This document shows, piece after piece, positions 62,419 through 64,000 of a DNA stretch of 64,000 nt. Every line of letters begins with the position of its first letter. Positions within the stretch are counted from its first letter, which is position 1. Below the pieces are notes generated by a model, which was given only the letters and a program-made list of their open reading frames with translations, was not told the DNA's origin and searched no databases. The translations under genes were made by a program, and so were the position numbers. The stretch lies in assembly GCA_963789955.1 (NCBI GenBank), contig CAWBMV010000006.1, positions 224,001-288,000 of the forward strand, in the 5' to 3' direction. This DNA comes from an uncultured Candidatus Rokubacteria bacterium (GTDB lineage: Bacteria > Methylomirabilota > Methylomirabilia > Rokubacteriales > CSP1-6).

Positions 62419-63482
62419 GTGGACTTCGGCATCATGACCGCGAAGGTCGACGAGATCGGCTACATCACGCGCGCCGAGAACCTCGGCTACACGCACGCCT
62501 GGGTCACCGACAGCCCGATGATCCGCTCGAACTGTTGGGCCGTCCTCGCGCTGGCGGCGCACCAGACTCGTACGATCCGCCTGGGCACCGGCGTGAACGT
62601 TCCAGGGCTCCGCCTCGCTCCGGTGGCCGCCAACGGCATCGCGACGATCAATCGTCTGGCGCCGGGCCGCTGCTTCATGAGCCTCGGCACCGGCCACACC
62701 GGCATGCGCTTGCTCGGTCAGCGCCCGATGCGTCTGGGACCGTTTCGCGAGTACGTCCAGGCCGTACGCGGGCTCCTCAGCGGCGAGGACGTCGAGTACA
62801 GCCTGAACGGCGAGACTCACCGCATCCGCTTCCAGATGCGCGAGCATCGATTCATCGATCTCGAGCACCCCGTGCCGCTCTACGTCGCCGGCTTCGGCCC
62901 GAAAGCTCAAGCCCTGGCGGGAGAGATCGGCGACGGGCTCGTCTCCGGCCTGCCGCGCGGCGGGACGATGCACGAGATGGTGGCGAACGCGCGCCGCGGC
63001 GCAGCGAAGGCCGGACGCGCCTTGCCCGCCGACTTTCACGTCGCGGCGATGGTGACCTTGGCCCTGCGGCAGCCCGGCGAAGCGCCCGACTCCGAACGGA
63101 TCGTCGCCGAGTGCGGCGCCGCCGTGCTCTCCGGCCTTCACTATCTCGTGGCGCGGCATCTCGAGACCGGCGAGGACCCGCCGGAGTACGCGCGGCCGGT
63201 CTGGAAGTCGTATCTGGACTGGCTGTCGGAAGCGCCGCCGGCCGTCCGCCACCAGCGTCTGCACGGCAGCCACTACAGCTTCGTCGATCCTGACGAGGCG
63301 CGCTTCGTGACGGCGGACCTGATCGCGGCGACGTGCTTGAGCGGGACGCCGCCGGAGCTGGTCGAGCGGATCAAGACGCTCGAGCGAGAGGGGCTCCGCC
63401 AGATCATGCTCTATCCGCCGCTGAACCGTCAGTACCGCGTGATCGAAGACTTCGCCGACAAGGTCATGGCTCGACTCTCTAG
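62419..63482 (+). CDS. LLM-class flavin-dependent oxidoreductase (stop out of frame, probably from an extra CT at 63477-80)
   Basis: GGGAGG SD; AE.LGY..AW..DS.M, T..IRLGTGV, LAPGR....GTG, P.YVA.FGP...LAG..GDG. Absent from the ORF track because the frame runs off the window. Confidence 0.88.
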
Positions 63483-63493
63483 GAGAGACACCC

Positions 63494-64000
63494 ATGAAGC
63501 TCAGCACCGACCGCATCCTGACCACGCACACCGGCAGCCTTCCGCGGGCCCAGGACCTGACGACCACGCTCGAGGCGCTCGACTCGGGCCGCATGCCGGA
63601 TCCGGCGGCGTTCGAGACGCGCGTGCGCCGCGCGGTCGGCGACATCGTCCGCCAGCAGCTCGAAGCCGGCGTGGACATCGTCAACGACGGCGAGCAGGGC
63701 AAGGTCGGCTATTCGACCTACGTCCGGCATCGGCTGACGGGCTTCGACGGTCAGGCCGCCGTCCCGGTGAGGGCGGACTGGGCCGACTTTCCCGAGGCGG
63801 CCTCACGCGGCGAGCGGCGCTCGACGATCATGCGGCCGGCGTGCAACGGCCCGATCGACTGGAAGGACCGGAACGCGGTCGAGAAGGACGTCGCGAACTT
63901 CAAGGCGGCGCTCGCCTCGGCCAAGCCGGCCGATGCGTTCATGACGGCGGCGTCGCCGGGTGTCATCGCGCACTTTCTGAAGAACGAGCACTATCCGACT
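63494..64000 (+). CDS. Cobalamin-independent methionine synthase II family protein (3'-truncated)
   Basis: MKLSTDRILTTHTGSLPR, Q..AGVDIVNDGEQGK, RLTGF, AFMTAASPGVI. Confidence 0.9.
   Translation, partial: MKLSTDRILTTHTGSLPRAQDLTTTLEALDSGRMPDPAAFETRVRRAVGDIVRQQLEAGVDIVNDGEQGKVGYSTYVRHRLTGFDGQAAVPVRADWADFPEAASRGERRSTIMRPACNGPIDWKDRNAVEKDVANFKAALASAKPADAFMTAASPGVIAHFLKNEHYPT

Noticed and set aside
62419..64000. LLM frame running on over the MetE-II-like gene
   Set aside because: The run-on is out of frame with the downstream protein. An extra CT before TAG 63480-82 explains it, and the next gene has its own AGGAGA SD.

Overview
High-GC bacterial chromosome segment. Gene content (many ABC substrate-binding proteins, LLM monooxygenases, a MetE-II-like protein, a CnbZ-like protein) suggests Candidatus Rokubacteria/Methylomirabilota; this is an inference. 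Many single-base indels break even essential genes, which points to an unpolished long-read assembly. 1-33 kb is mostly core: infB-DUF503-rbfA-DHH-truB-ribF, rpsO-pnp-M16 peptidase, a near-complete purine cluster (purB-C-S-Q-L-F-M-N-H-[HTH/TPR]-D-E, no purK), tsaC-mobA-thiI, rpiB-glyA-nrdR, a B12-binding radical SAM gene, pyrE and tsaB-rimI. 33-64 kb is accessory: YceI plus two c-type cytochromes, an HdrD/FadF-like Fe-S oxidoreductase, a sigma54-type unit, a Liv-type ABC/catabolic cluster, a LytS/LytTR system with a secreted CxxCH protein, an HtrA-like protease, Dpp-type ABC genes, an LLM enzyme and a MetE-II-like enzyme. The best candidate for something undescribed is 28.5-31.1 kb. It holds an unannotated 12-aa Lys-rich micropeptide gene (MAKKKATKKKKK) with promoter, SD and terminator signals, divergent from a B12-radical SAM gene with a DUF2229-like tail. 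Two NrdR-box-like sites lie between them next to nrdR, and two large REPIN-like inverted repeats follow. No rRNA, tRNA, CRISPR array or transposase was recognised.
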